From contig NC_043009.1 of the NCBI RefSeq assembly GCF_006345805.1, forward strand, positions 8,370,001-8,434,000: a stretch of DNA of 64,000 bases. The letters are read 5' to 3'. Source of the stretch: Octopus sinensis (Eukaryota). Positions 1-13,190 of this stretch are shown here, piece by piece. A program made the translations under genes and the position numbers. Position 1 is the first letter of the stretch. Every line of letters starts with the position of its first letter. A model generated the notes under the pieces. It was not told where the DNA came from and did no database searches. It saw only the letters and a program-made list of their open reading frames with translations.

Positions 1-144
1 TATTTGAAACCAAAAAACTTTTATTGGTGACTGCTTTGTACGAATACAAATTACAAATTACAAGCGCAAGTCGAGAATACAACTCGCGCAACCTGAACAC
101 TCGGTATCAAAAGTCGAATTTCGCGCAAGTCGGGGAATCCCTAT
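1..144. mobile_element. End of a CpG-rich DNA transposon, probably a pogo/Tigger-like terminus; truncated by the window edge
   Basis: Unusually CpG-rich stretch ending ...tttcgcgcaagtcggggaatccctaTA; the reverse complement resembles Tigger-type TA-CAG...cccgactt(a/g)cg termini. Confidence 0.35.
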
Positions 145-675
145 ATAGCTACAAAACAGCTGAAGGCGTGAAGCACCAGACTGTAAATTCGCTAGCTGTG
201 AGTTCATATTCTACTGTAAGCACTTCATTCTACTTTTGACTCAATCATTTAAATTTACTTTCGTCAGTTCACCTTGTTAGCAGTTGTTTTACTTTCTGGG
301 AAAGTCATCTGTAATAGATTAGCAGCCTCCACTATATTCAGACGTGAGATTTAATCTCACATCTGCTCAATTCTACAGAAATACCAAGTTAAGCATCAGC
401 CCTGTTTTATTCCTGTAACTGATGCAGGGACAGATAGAGCTAATGCTGTACTTAACCCAAATTAGTGTGAATAAATAAATGTATTTTAAGTACTTTGTGG
501 TATATGTTAATCCTCCTAAAGTATCTATATCTAAAATAAAAGGATCATTATTTGCATCAGTATTGCAATATTATCTTGGTTTGGTTTGGAGGAAACAGGA
601 GGGGGTGGGGATTGCAAGCTCTTCAAGGTAGTGATAAATGATGGAAGAATCAAATCGGTGAGGAAATCTCTATAC

Positions 676-971
676 CGTGGTTCTCAACCAGGGTCCATAC
701 GGTCCTTGGGGCTACATACGACCCTTGGGGCTACATACGACCCTTGGGGCTCCATAAAGATTTTGTTGTTAAAATTTATGTGCAACAAATTGGTTTTAAT
801 TCTACAAGGCACAAAATATTTCAACAATTTTTTTAAAACAATTTCTTAATAATATTTAATTCTAAAAATAAAACAGGATTTTTTTTAAAGCATCAGATGA
901 ATATGAGGGTCCATCTGAATAAAATAAGAATCAAAGTGGGTTCATAGGTGAAAAATGGTTAAGAAACACTG
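676..971. mobile_element. hAT-type MITE
   Basis: TIRs c(a)gtggttctcaacc / ggttaagaaacactg; 8-bp direct repeat ctctatac on both sides (668-675, 972-979); three internal tandem ~20-bp units ccttggggctacatacga; related fragment at ~36760-36881. Confidence 0.75.
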
Positions 972-1025
972 CTCTATACAGTTACTTGATCTATTAGAAA
1001 TAGCAGCCAACTTTCTTTTTAATTA

Positions 1026-1428
1026 TGGCTGTGTGGTAAGTAGCTTGCTTATGAACCACATGGTTCCGGGTTCGGTCCCACTGCATGGCACCTTGGGCAA
1101 GTGTCTTCTACTATAGCCTCAGGCCAACCAAAGCCTTGTGAGTGGATTTGGTAGACAGAAACTGAAAGAAGCCTATTGTATATATGTATGTATATATATA
1201 TATATATGTATATATATGTATATATATGTGTGTCTGTGTTTGTCCCCCCAACATTGCTTGACAACTGATACTGGTGTGTTTATGTCCCCGTAACGTAGCA
1301 GTTCGGCAAAAGAGACTGATAGAATAAGTACTAGGCTTCCAAAGAATAAGTCCTGGGGTCAGTTTGTTTGACTAAAGGCGGTGCTCCAGCATGGCCACAG
1401 TCAAGTGACTGAAATGAGTAAAAGAGTA
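1026..1428 (+). mobile_element. tRNA-derived SINE, family A (internal TA/TG microsatellite)
   Basis: Head tggctgtgtggtaag...ggttc, body ggcaccttgggcaagtgtcttctactatagc, tail tgactgaaa...gtaaaagagta; more than 12 copies in the window. Confidence 0.9.
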
Positions 1429-3399
1429 TACATTACAAAAAGAAGTAAGGATTTGTTGGATAATGTAGCTATATCCATACCCTGTGGCTGAAAATAAATA
1501 ATTAAAAAAAAAGAAAAGAAACAAGAAAAGAAAATGGTGGAATGGTCATAGCCAGGACATTTTTAATCATAGGTCTGTTCGGACAGAGCTGGCCTAGACT
1601 AAAACAACAACATAATTGGAAGAATATGAGCAGCACATAAGAAGAGCATAAACTCCTTGCTTTGAAAATGGTACTGAATATTTCCTTTTAGTTTTGGGCT
1701 GTATGGTTAAGAGGTTTGCTTCTCAACCATGTGGTTCTGGGTTCAGTCTCACTGTACGGCACCTTGGACATGTGTCTTCTACTAAAGCCTCAGGTCAAAC
1801 AAAGCCTTGTGAGTGCATTGAGCACGTGGAACTGGAAGAAACCTGTTGTGTTTTTGTGTCTGTTTGGCGATTCATCTGTTCCTCCTTTTCTTGGCATCAC
1901 ATGATAATTGTAAATGAGTGTCACCATCACAGAGAGTGGTGGTGTTCGTTTCCAGTCTTCTATTGAGATGGAGCATAGTAAGGATTGACAATAAGAAGGG
2001 AATTTGGCCATAGAAAATCTGCCTCTTTGAATTTCATCTGACCCATGCAAGCATGAAAAGGTGAATACTAAAATGATAATAATGGTGATGGTGATGGCGG
2101 TAGTGATAGTGGTGGTGATGGTGATGGTGGAAGTGATGGTAGTGTTGGAAGAGGTGGAACTGGCGGCAACACCAGACAATGACAACTCAGATGAGCATGA
2201 TATAAAAAGAAGCAACAAAAGAAAATTCTGCAGACTTTACTGTCAAAAATACAAAAAACCAAAAAACAATATTTGGTAACATGATTGTGCTGGAATGACT
2301 TAACTGAACTATGCTAGTATAGAGAGGAAGAATTTTTTTTTTTTAAATTAATTCAAAGTAAAGTGTTTTAAAGCCAACAAAACTTAAAACAGTCTTTAAC
2401 TTTTCTTTTAATCATTTTTGATGTTTTTTTTTTCGTTTTCCTTCTTCTTTAACAAACTCATAACTACATTTATTGCTTTTTTAATGTACTCAAGATTTTA
2501 CTGCGTTATATCTTTTAAACAAACTAAACCCAGAATTTAGTAGTATCATGAAAGATTTCCAAAAATGTTTGTAGTCATGCTTCAGAAGTTAATTTCACAA
2601 TAATAAAATATATGGTTTCTGCATTAGCTGCTTTGGAGCCATGCAAATAGATTGATAAAGTTCTATTAAAATTCATGGTTTCTTAACTAAGACCAACTGT
2701 GGAGCTGCTTGCAACCAGTACTAAACGGACTGATGCCTTGCTAATATATCTCTCTGCAAGGTTCATTCAAGGATCATATTTAATTCATTAATCAATTGTA
2801 AACCAATACTAATGTAATTAAGAATTTTTATTCCATTTATTCATTTATTCATTTTAGTATTTTATCTACTTTTTTTTTTTTTTCAAAAATTGTTTGTTTG
2901 TTTTCCGTTATCTTTTCGTTATCTTATTTATTTAGGATAAACCAATCATCTCTGTGAGATGGACAATGCCAGAAATGGAGAAGATATCACTAGCGATACA
3001 ATTGCACATTTCATTGGATATATAAATGGGCATGTGTGTGTGCGTAGGCATGTGTGTGTGTGTGTGTGTGTGTGTGTGCCTGTGCATGTGTGCGTGTACG
3101 TGTGTGTGTGCATATCTATATACTGCATGCATATGCTTATAAACACAAATGAGAAAAGAAGTAAGCCTTCACTTACACACCAACAACATACACGTTCACT
3201 CACACACCAAAACACACAATCACACACCAATGCACACGTTCACTCACACACCAAAACATACATTCATTCACAGACCAACACACACACTTTCACTCACACA
3301 CCAGCACACACTTTCACTCACACACCACCATACATAATAAACTCACACATTCACTCATACATGGATCTGCCAAACGTTACTTAAAATTTCCTTCGATTG

Positions 3400-4090
3400 C
3401 AATCATTACAACCAGCACCACTGCTGTTAGTACCATAACCACCACTTCTGCAATCTTACAACTGCAATTATTGTTATTAGTACCCCCCCACTATCACCAC
3501 CACTGCCACCTCTATAATCCCACATCTATTATCACTGCTATAAGTTCCAGTACCACCACCACCTCCTCTATAATTTGGCAACTGTCATCATTACTATTAA
3601 TTAGTACCACCACTATTACTATAATTAATCCTACACCTCTCATCACTGTTACTAGTACCTCTGCCAACTCTATAATCCCACCACTATCAATAGTATCACT
3701 ATCAGTACCAGCACCACCACCATCACCACCATAATTCTGCGACTGTTATCACTTCTATTAGTACCACCCCAATCACCACCAACACCACACTGCCACTTCT
3801 ATCATTCTACAATTGTCATCAGTTATTTAGTACCTCTACCAACTCTATCCCACAACTATCAACACTACTATCAGCACCACCACCACCACCACCTCTATAA
3901 TCCCGCATCTATCATCATTACTATTAGTACCACCTCTATCACCACTTCCACTTCTTTAATCCTCTGGCAACTCTATAAGCTTGTGATTATCAGCACTGCT
4001 ATCGGTACCATCACCACCACTATAATCACACTACTATCAACATTTGCCATTAGTATCTCTACCACTTCTATAATCCTACAATAATTATCA
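3400..4090. repeat. Degenerate ~50-bp minisatellite built on ACC/ACT triplets
   Basis: Motif ctctataatcc...atcact...ttagtaccacc recurs roughly every 50-60 bp. Confidence 0.6.
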
Positions 4091-4260
4091 TCACAAAGAG
4101 CAGATTATCGGCTGCACCAAGCAAGTTTACAGCTACACCACAGAGTCAACGAGTGAGCCTGAATGTAACAGCTCTACATGCTAGAAATAGCAGCCAAATT
4201 CTTCACATACAGCAACATCCTACCATCTTTAAAATGGACAGACACATTGGATAAGGTAGT

Positions 4261-5041
4261 CCTGAGCACCTTTTTGAATACTTATGTCAAGCATTCGTGG
4301 ACATACTCTTTTACTCTTTTACTTGTTTCAGTCATTTGACTGCGGCCATGCTGGAGCACCGCCTTTAGTCGAGCAAATCGACTCCAGGACTTATTCTTTG
4401 TAAGCCTAGTACTTATTCTATCAGTCACTTTTACTGAACCGCTAAGTTACGGGGACGTAAACACACCAGCATCGGTTGTCAAGCGGTGTTGGTCGGACAA
4501 ACACAGACACACATATACATACACATATATATATACATATATACGATGGGCTTCTTTCAGTTACCGTCTACCAAATCCACTCACAAGGCTTTGGTTGGCC
4601 CGAGGCTATAGCAGAAGACACTTGCCCAAGATGCCATGCAGTGGGACTGAACCCGGAACCACGTGGTTAGTAAGCAAGCTACTTACTACACAGCCACTCC
4701 TGCACCTGTGACATGCTTATAAAATCAAAAAGCAACACAGCACCCTTTCGCAAGTATTTTTTCATGCTCAGAATTGCTGAAGCATGGAATAAACTACCTG
4801 CATCAGTTGTCAGCTGTTGAGACACCACATCCTTCAAAACTTCCATACTTCCTAAAATTCACCAACAGTACACCTGATTCTCCCCACCCCCCAGTTTTTT
4901 TTTTTTTTGGGACTTAGTCACTGTTCATTTCCTGTGCATAATCTATGTATTGTTGATGCAGTTTTTTGTTACTCTTTCTGATGAGTTGTACTGCACCTGA
5001 ACACTGTATATAATAAGTTCATTATTATTATTATTATTATT
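4261..5041 (+). mobile_element. CR1-type LINE 3' end, split by a SINE
   Basis: Translates ...IRGH / AYKI...RKYFFMLRIAEAWNKLPASVVSC*DTTSFK, the CR1 ORF2 C-terminal motif; (ATT)n tail at ~5020-5041; the SINE at 4305-4706 is flanked by gtggacat/gtgacat. Confidence 0.7.
4305..4706 (-). mobile_element. SINE family A
   Basis: Full-length reverse-complement copy. Confidence 0.9.
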
Positions 5042-5552
5042 GAGTGAGAGAGCAGCACATGCCAGCAAAGTGACAATGGGGTACAAATATATGAAGCCCA
5101 ATATACCCATCATGACTACCCATCAGATAAGGGTACACCAGGCACATGCATCACAACCATATGTGCACAACATGGTGATTTCATATCAAGATAAACAACA
5201 CATGACCTTGCAGGTGGAGCCCAGTTAGAATTTTCTTCAGGTTGAGTAGCCCATCCTGCTCAAAAGGTCCATGAATAAGGGTTGTTTAAGGATGTTGAAC
5301 AAAACACCCATGTTTCCAGAGGTGAATTATTCAAACCCCGAAGAGTTCCTCTCAACACAAGGTTATGATGCTCCCCCACTACTTCTGCTCATTATCAGAG
5401 ATGCACATATTGTCAGCCACCGAAGGACATGCTCAACTGGTCATGGTCAAACAACTGACAAACAAATCTGTGGTATTGAGCAGAATATTTGCTGTAGTCC
5501 ATCTTTTACACCAAGACAAAACGTGTACATGATAACACTTCCAATTAGTTAA
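5042..5552. repeat. Unclassified interspersed repeat fragment
   Basis: GC-richer ~500-bp block abutting the (ATT)n tract; no convincing protein motif. Confidence 0.3.
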
Positions 5553-6359
5553 TATGTCTTAGACTAGACTAGTTCTGCCTTAAAGAAACCATTCTTTCTG
5601 CTAGACACCATTGAATACCTCAACTCCATGAGAGAATATATTCTGAAATTACTATGGACTAAAATTGGAAGCTGAACACAACTGCTATGCAGGCACTCAC
5701 TTTGCAAGAAATAGCAGTCATATCTCCTTCAAATTTTACCTTACCATCGTATAAAATGAAGGGGCACAGATAACGTAGTCCTATTTACTTGTAAACTGGT
5801 TTTAATTATAGGTTTGCTCAACTGTGGTTGATCTGAGATGAAATAAATACCAACAAGGAAGTATGGGCAAAACCTCAACTTATGTTAAACTGGTTCAAAG
5901 ATTTGTGACTCAGAAAATTATGTAACATGAAAAAATATTTTAAAAACTTTATAAGCTTGTATCTGTTTTAATAAATGGTTTGTATAAATTTACACATGTA
6001 TAACACATATATTTGATATTCCTCCTCAGTATTGGTTTTTAGATACTTTTTTTTATATATTTTTACGCTTTTTAATATATTTGCTGAGAGCAATATAAAG
6101 TTGGATTATTCAGCTGAAGTTGAGGTTTATTTTTGCTGTTAATTTCTTAGGAAACATTAACATAAATTCGAAAAAGACATAAGTTGGGGCATGTCTGTTT
6201 TTCTTTAACATAGTCTGTTCCAAACACCTGATATCTATTTTCAATAACAAGGTATCTTCTAATAAAATATCAACCAGCAAGGGAACCTCTACATGGTTTC
6301 TCAGTCTGCTGAAAATATCAGCCAAATGCCTCTCAAATCACACCCTACCATTTTAATGA

Positions 6360-7160
6360 ATTATTGTTTAGCCTTTCACCAAGCAGGCTTATGATCAAAA
6401 CTTCCAGCTGGTCTCTGTAAGGATATCTTGGACCACATTGTCTAATGTGATGTTCTTTTTTCAAATAGTAGAGTGTGATTTGAGGTGTAATTTAGCTGTT
6501 GTTTCTAACATGACAAATGATCAAATAGTGGCTTCAAAAGATGAAAGCTTGATGGTGGAGCAAAAAAGTAAACCAAGCCTCATTAGCTGCTGCCCTTATC
6601 TCAGTGCACAATCCAACTAGAAGTATTATCCAATGAGTGCTTTATATTTTTAAGACAGTAGAGTATGGATTGATGGAGATGTGGCTGCTATTTCTAGAAA
6701 ATTGAGTTGTCACATAGTGGAGAGTAAAAGGCAACCAAGGCTCATAGTTTGTTGTTAGCTGCTGCCCTTATCTCAGTTCACAATTCAGGTGGAATTTATT
6801 GAGCACAAGTAATGGGCAATGCTAGCCAATGCTAGCTTTATATTTTTAAGAGAGTAGGGTGGATTAATGGAGATTTAGCTTTTATTTCTAGTAGGTTAAG
6901 TTGGCACATAGTGGATCTCTCATCATAGACTTGAGTGATGGAGTGTCGTTGTTTTGCTCCATTTCAGCCTCAGCCAGGCAGATCTGTGATCAAAGGTATC
7001 CTGGCTATAATCATCTTGTTTTTTCATTTTTTTTTCTTCTTGTAGTGAACTACATTATACATGGTATCCATAATTTTAATTTTGAAGATGTTAAAGAATG
7101 AAATTGACAGAGATTTGGTTGTGATTTTTAGCAGTTCAAGTGACCATGTTGACTCACCAT
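6360..7160 (-). repeat. Cluster of an old interspersed repeat (family E) with a local tandem duplication
   Basis: Motif gatttggctgctatttctag recurs here and at ~990, 4180, 5700, 18450, 29250, 30950, 45715; 6583-6721 and 6756-6915 are direct repeats. Confidence 0.55.
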
Positions 7161-7732
7161 AAGTTATAGCAGTGACATGTAGAAGAACAAAACTCCTGTT
7201 TGGGAATAAGATCAAAAGTATATTGTTGAGTTCTGATGACATTTCGTTATTAATCAGTTTGTGGAGAGAAGTAATGGTTGTTCTAGAAATGTCTGAGACA
7301 TCAATCTGGGAATTGTCAAGAACAAAGCATTTGTTTTGAAATTACCTTCTCTATTTTTCTATTTTATCTTTGAGGAGATGTCATTACTTCTTTCTTTGTC
7401 CATTCTTTACTTCTCTCATTGACTCATTCATTTATTTATTCTCTCTTCTTTTGTCTTTCACTTTTCTCTTTTCCTTTTGCGCAGTTTCCTTCTCTTACTT
7501 CTGTTCCTAGCATTTTCCAAGCTCTCTTTCTCATACACTCTCCCTCTTACACACTCATTCACTCACCCACTCACTCATTCACTCACTCACTCATTCTCTC
7601 TCTCTGATTTTTCTTTTTAAGCTAATATCCTTCCTTCCTCCTCTCAATATCTGTTGCCTTACCGAAAGACATTTAACTCTACTTTGGAAATAATCATTTC
7701 TAATAAAATGGTATTCATTATTATTGTTGCTA

Positions 7733-8580
7733 AGGCAGTGAGCTGGCTGAATCAGCAGCATTCAGGGACAAAATCCTTAGTGGTATTTCTTCTGACTCCT
7801 TATGTTCTGAGTTCAAATTCTGCTATGATCGACTTTGCCTTTCATTTTTCAGTGTTGATAAAATAAGTACCAGCTGAACACTGGGGTTGATATACTCAGC
7901 TTCCCTAGCTCTCAGAATTGCTAACCTTGTTCCAAATCAAGAAATGATTTTCTTTATTTTTTTTTTCTTTTGCTGTTATGGTACAAAGCAGTGAGTTGAT
8001 AGAATTGTTAGAACATCAGACAAAATGTGTTGCAACATTTCTTCTGGCTCATTACATCTGAGTTCAGATTCCACCAAGGTCAACTTTGCCTTTAATCCTT
8101 TCACAGTTGGTAAAATAGAGACCAGTCAAGTACTGGGGTTGATGTAATTAACTTTCCTCTCCCCTTCCCTCAAAATTTGTGGCCTTGTGCCAAAATTAGA
8201 AAGAATTATTATTATTATGGTAGCAAATTGACAATCATTATTGTGTTCTGACAAACAGCTACGTGGCATTTCTTCAAGCTCTTTACATTCTGAGTTCAGA
8301 CTCCACCGAAGTCAACTTTGCCATTCTTCCAGGGTCAGTAAAAAAGTTCCAGTTGAACACTAAGGATCGATGTAATCAACTTACTCCTCTTAAATTGCTG
8401 GCCTTGTGCCAAAATTTGAAATGATTAAAAATGGGCATCAAGCTAGCTGAATCTTTGGGGCATCAGAATAAAAACTTTGCAATATTTATTTTGACTTCAC
8501 TTTCTGAGTTTAAATGTTACCATGGTTGACTTCATCTTTCATCCTTTCAGGGATGATAAAATAAGTACCAACTGAGCGCT
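7733..8580 (+). mobile_element. Cluster of about 4 decayed SINE family B copies (Nin-like central domain)
   Basis: Repeated gagctggcagaa...ttctgagttcaaattc...gactttgcctttcatcctttc...taaaataagtaccag. Confidence 0.7.
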
Positions 8581-8735
8581 GAGTATACTAGAAGCATTCT
8601 ATCATGGCACCAGCATTAGTGATGTTGCTTTGTATCCTGCAAGACAAAAAAAAGTATTCACTGATTTGCAGTGTCTCTGTCTGCTCAAGGTAACCTGAAC
8701 AATAGAGCGAATGGGCAGAAACTAGGGGCACTTGC

Positions 8736-8963
8736 TTAACCCTTTAACATTCAGATTACTCTGTCAAATGTAATGCTTATTTATTCACATTGTTTGGAAT
8801 TAATCTTGTATTATCTTGTAGCTTTGAGATTTCAATGCCGTGATTGTGTATTTTTTGAATGACATTGTAGGTGAGGTGTGAGAGATCAGATCTGGTCAGT
8901 TTGGATATAGAACAGGTAGAATATTTAGGCTGGATACAGCCAGTTTAAATGCTAATGGGTTAA
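8736..8963. mobile_element. piggyBac-type MITE, family P2
   Basis: TTAA-ccctttaacatt ... aatgctaatggg-TTAA. Confidence 0.8.
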
Positions 8964-10461
8964 GATGAACTCAGATGGCAAGTCATAATTTCTCAATTTG
9001 ACAAATAGATATCATTTTCATTATTAAAATTGAAACCATTTCATTTCATTTATTTCATTATAAAATTCTTTATGTAGACATAAATGTCACAACTTTACTG
9101 CCTCTCTATTAAAAATTCAGAAATCGTGTATGAAAATTTTGTCCTGACTCTTTAACACTCTGATTTCAAATCCCGCTAAGTCCAACTTGGCTTTCGTCTT
9201 TTTGGGGTCAATAAAATAAAGTACCTATCAAGAATGGATTGATAGTATCAGTTAACCTCCGTTCCCCACCCCCACCCCACCAAATTTCATGTCTTTTGTT
9301 TCTACTAAAAACAATTATTGCATATTTATTTCTTTGTTTATTTTCATTTCAGATGCTTTTTGTGTAAATTAACTGTCTGCTGATTGGTATGTACAAGTAT
9401 ATATAGATTGTTTTTTTATTTTTTTTTTATTATTCATCTACTCGTTTCTCTTTCTCTCTCTCCTTCTCTCTCTTTGCACTATTTCTTCTTTCAGCTTCTT
9501 TTGTAATTTTTTTGACTTAAAATAAAAAAAAATTATAAAATTAAAACAAAAAAAGAAAAGAAAACCAGGTTCTGTCTTCAAATGATTGATACAGCCCGTT
9601 AGTGAACTAATTAAATATTTCCTCTTACATAAGTTTTTTTTTCTTCTTTAACACAACAAATAATTCTTTTGGAGGAAAAAATGTCATATCAATCATATTA
9701 CCTCCCTATACACACACACACACACATGCAATGGTTGTTTTGAATTTTGTATACTTACTTCATGATCAGCTAGTACTTGCTTATATACTTACCGATACTG
9801 TATTATTAATAATAGTACTGAGGCAGATTTCAGAGATAAAAGGTAGGCCTTATATAAGTATATTTATTTATTTATTTAACCCTTTTAAGTTCATATCCTA
9901 CATTGCTGGCAGCACACACACACACACACACACACATACGCACGCACACATACACGCATATATGATGTCAGCCACTGTCTTGCAAGTTATTTTCTATAAA
10001 TCATATCTTCAGTAGAAAAAAAAACATTATTTTCTGTTGGTGTTGTTGCTGTGTTAAGTTGGTTAGACAGACTATGTTTTGTGGGGGAGGGGGTGTTTTT
10101 ATTATCTTTTTTATTTTATTTATTTATTTTTTTTTTACTCCCATATAACCGAACTATACAAACTTTAATAACTGTTCCAGCATTTTCTTTCATATGGTAA
10201 CACTTTGTTGTATATCGACTAGCAAACAAAATAGAGAAAATATCCAGAAATATAGGTGCATATCGAATTTTTCAAATGTTGAATAATTCAAAGATTCCAT
10301 TGATCTGCATGGAAAAACGATAGGTAAGTTAGTGTTGGCATATTTTAATGCATAAAATATTAAAAACCTCATGTGAAATAAATATAGATAGAATAAAACA
10401 TAAACAAAGTATGATTAAATATTATTTTGATTTTTCCCACAATTCAACTATTGGAGGAAAC

Positions 10462-10500
10462 TCAGATTATGTTTTAGTATTATTCTGACCTCATCAGTGA
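10462..10500 (-). ncRNA. Degenerate minimal type I hammerhead motif, family H1
   Basis: Minus strand reads tca-CTGATGA-ggtc-agaataa-tact-AAAAC-at-aatc-tga. Confidence 0.45.
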
Positions 10501-10547
10501 CGCAGTTTTCACTTTGATGAAGTTGGTGTAAATAGTAAATATAACCA

Positions 10548-10773
10548 TTAACCCTTTTATTACAGTAATTATTTTGAGATAATCCATGTTTCTTGCAATT
10601 GATTTCAAATATAACAAAAAATTAAGTAAAATAACTTAGTTATCATTCAGCTACTGTTAGGAACATAAATTGTGACTAAGGTTTGGTGGAAGATTTTTAT
10701 TCAAAACTAATGAAAGCAACACATACAACAGAGCCAGAGCCGGTTTCAGCTGGGTTGGTAACGAAAGGGTTAA
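10548..10773. mobile_element. piggyBac-type MITE, family P1
   Basis: TTAA-cccttttattac ... gtaacgaaaggg-TTAA; copies at 42963 and 55415. Confidence 0.85.
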
Positions 10774-11029
10774 ATATTATACTGTACAAGATTTTCTTTA
10801 CCTAGAAAAGTTGTATCATTTAGAAATCAAATAATTAATGGTTAAGAGGTTCAGTTGGCAATCGCATGGTTTCAGCTTCAGTCCCACTGCAACTTAGTGC
10901 TTCTCCTAAAGCTTTGGACAGACCAATGTCTTTTGACTGAAATTAGAGGACTGTACAATAATAGAAACTGCAGTAATCATTGTATGTATATGTGTGTGCT
11001 TCTGTGTGTGTGTGTGTGTGTGTGTTCTT

Positions 11030-11450
11030 TTAACCTTTTACTTGTTTCAGTCATTTGACTGTGGTCATGCTGGAACACTGCCTTAAAGGGTTTTTTTTCA
11101 TCAAGGACATTAACCCCAGGACTTGCTCTTTTGTGAGCGTAGCACTTATTCTATCGGTCTCTTTTACCAAACCACTAAGTTACAGGGACATAAACACAAT
11201 GATATCAGTTGTCAAATGATGATTGGGTGGGGGGACAAACACAGACACAAAGACACTCACATAAATATGTACATAGATATATACATATATACAACAGGCT
11301 TCTTTCAGTTTCCATCTACCAAATCCACTCCTAAAGCTTTGGTTGGCCCAAGGCTATAGTGGAAGAAACTAGCCCAAGGTGCCATACTGTGAGACTGAAC
11401 CCGGAACCATGTGGTTGAAAAGCAAGCATCTTACCACACAGCCATGCCTA
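11030..11450 (-). mobile_element. SINE family A (older copy)
   Basis: Reverse-complement match to family A. Confidence 0.8.
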
Positions 11451-11534
11451 TATATATATATATAACTCATGCTAGCATGGAGAACGGACGTTAAACGATG
11501 ATGATGATGATTATATTTGTAAATAGTAAGGGAT

Positions 11535-11782
11535 TACTGCTACAATTATTTCATTGACAGTCTTTATTGTGATGCAAACACATAAGCTATGTAGTAGGCA
11601 CAACATACATAAAATTATGTCATATGTTATGCAACTCTCAATCTGTATAATTAGTAAGCTTGATGAGTTAAGAGTTGCACAATGCATTACATAATCTTAT
11701 GGATGTTGTGCATATACTGCACACCTAATTGTATCACATTTACATCACAATAAAGACTGTAAATGAAACAATTGTAGCAGTA
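11535..11782. repeat. ~250-bp foldback (palindromic) element
   Basis: Arms 11535-11638 and 11671-11782 are reverse complements; ends TActgctacaatt...aattgtagcagTA. Confidence 0.85.
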
Positions 11783-12924
11783 CCAGATAACCCATTCATC
11801 TGTTTTTATTATCTTTTTACTCCACACTTATGGCTCCATTCATCTTTGGATACTATTGGAATTGTGGATCACCAAACGTCAGTTAATGTTCCTTCATCAA
11901 TGCACTCCATGCTACAATAATGGATTGCTTACTTCTTAACTGTCTGATTTGCATCATTCTATCTAGCAATTAATTGTGGTGTTTCACTTTGATACGCCTT
12001 GGTCCTTAATGGATCCCCTTTCATAAAATCTCTATAATATGTATATCATCATCATCATCATAATCATCATCATCATTCTAATAGACACTTTACCATATTT
12101 GTATGAGTTGGAGAGAATTTGTTGAGGCAGATTTTTCTATGACTGGATGCCCTACTCTTTGCCACCTTTCACCTGTTTCTAATAATATTTCTCCATGACC
12201 AAACTTGTTTTGATGGAAAATTGGGAATGAAGAACACAGCTTGCAAGACAATGACACTTGCTTACAGCAATCATGCAAAGTCAAAGCAAGGAGACAGTAA
12301 TACACACAACACACTCTCTCTCTCACATACACACACACACAAAGGCTTTGGTCAGCTTGAGGCTATAGTCAAAGACATTTTCTCATGGTACCACACAGTG
12401 AGATTGAACCCAAGGCCAGGTGGTTTGCAAGCAATATCTGAATGTGAGTAGCCATGTAGCTCCTCCACAACAAGAACCTGCTCTATCTCCTCTTGTATTT
12501 TATCATCTCATTTCCTAGCATGAAGCTGACACCCTCTTCTCAGGATTCATAATTTTGCAAGCTACATGATGGTCTCACTTATGCTGGTGTTACAATAAAT
12601 GCACTCAATACTTGATGTAAAGTGTTGGCATTAGGAAAGGTATCCAGTCATAGAAACCATACTAAAGCAGACACTGGAGCATGATGCAGTTCTTGGTTTG
12701 AATGAATTCTGCTAAACCATCCAGTCCATGCCAGCATGGAGCAAGGATGTTAACAGCAACCACACAGTCACATGTGTGTGTGTCTACATGTGAATTTGTG
12801 TTTACATCTCAGTGTTGTTTGAGCATTAAAATAAATGTTGGTGTTGATATGATTGACTAAAAACCCTTCAAGGCACTGCAGTCCAATGGCTGATGCAAGT
12901 AAAAGAATTGCCATTTCTTTGGAA

Positions 12925-13190
12925 TATAATGGTTATTTAATACGAAGAGAATCAAAAAGTTAACCACAAATGGATTGGCAGCAAAGAGTCCAAAATGCTA
13001 TGTCAATGATTATTTTTGCATAACAACATTTGTACAAGCATATACATTTCCTCTGTGATTCTTTCATCACTAATCCAGTAAGTATTATTAAGGTTATATT
13101 TCATTGATGAGGTTAGAACAAGATGAAAACATGTCTAAATTTGCCTTCCATACTTGCCAGGAAAATGGAAATAAGATTAGTTATTGACTA
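12925..13190 (+). repeat. Repeat carrying a degenerate H1 hammerhead (13099-13140); inverted partner at 17103-17365
   Basis: ttca-TTGATGA-ggtt-agaacaa-gat-GAAAAC-AT-GTC-taaa; 83/92 ungapped identity to the reverse complement of 17103-17194. Confidence 0.7.

Noticed and set aside
157-215. tRNA-Tyr-like segment (gactgtaaatt...gagttca)
   Set aside because: No acceptor stem or full cloverleaf; at most a decayed SINE head
338-365. Hairpin cagacgtgagatt/aatctcacatctg
   Set aside because: 13-bp dyad with a 1-nt spacer; too short to interpret
700-760. Three ~20-bp direct repeats suggesting CRISPR
   Set aside because: Tandem with no spacers, inside a hAT MITE, in eukaryotic DNA
9582-9696. Two short helices (atgattgata/tatcaatcat, tttcctct/ggaggaaa) suggesting a snoRNA
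   Set aside because: No properly placed C/D or H/ACA boxes
12930-13077. Coding exon ending at cca/gtaagt
   Set aside because: Stops in all three frames and no clear acceptor
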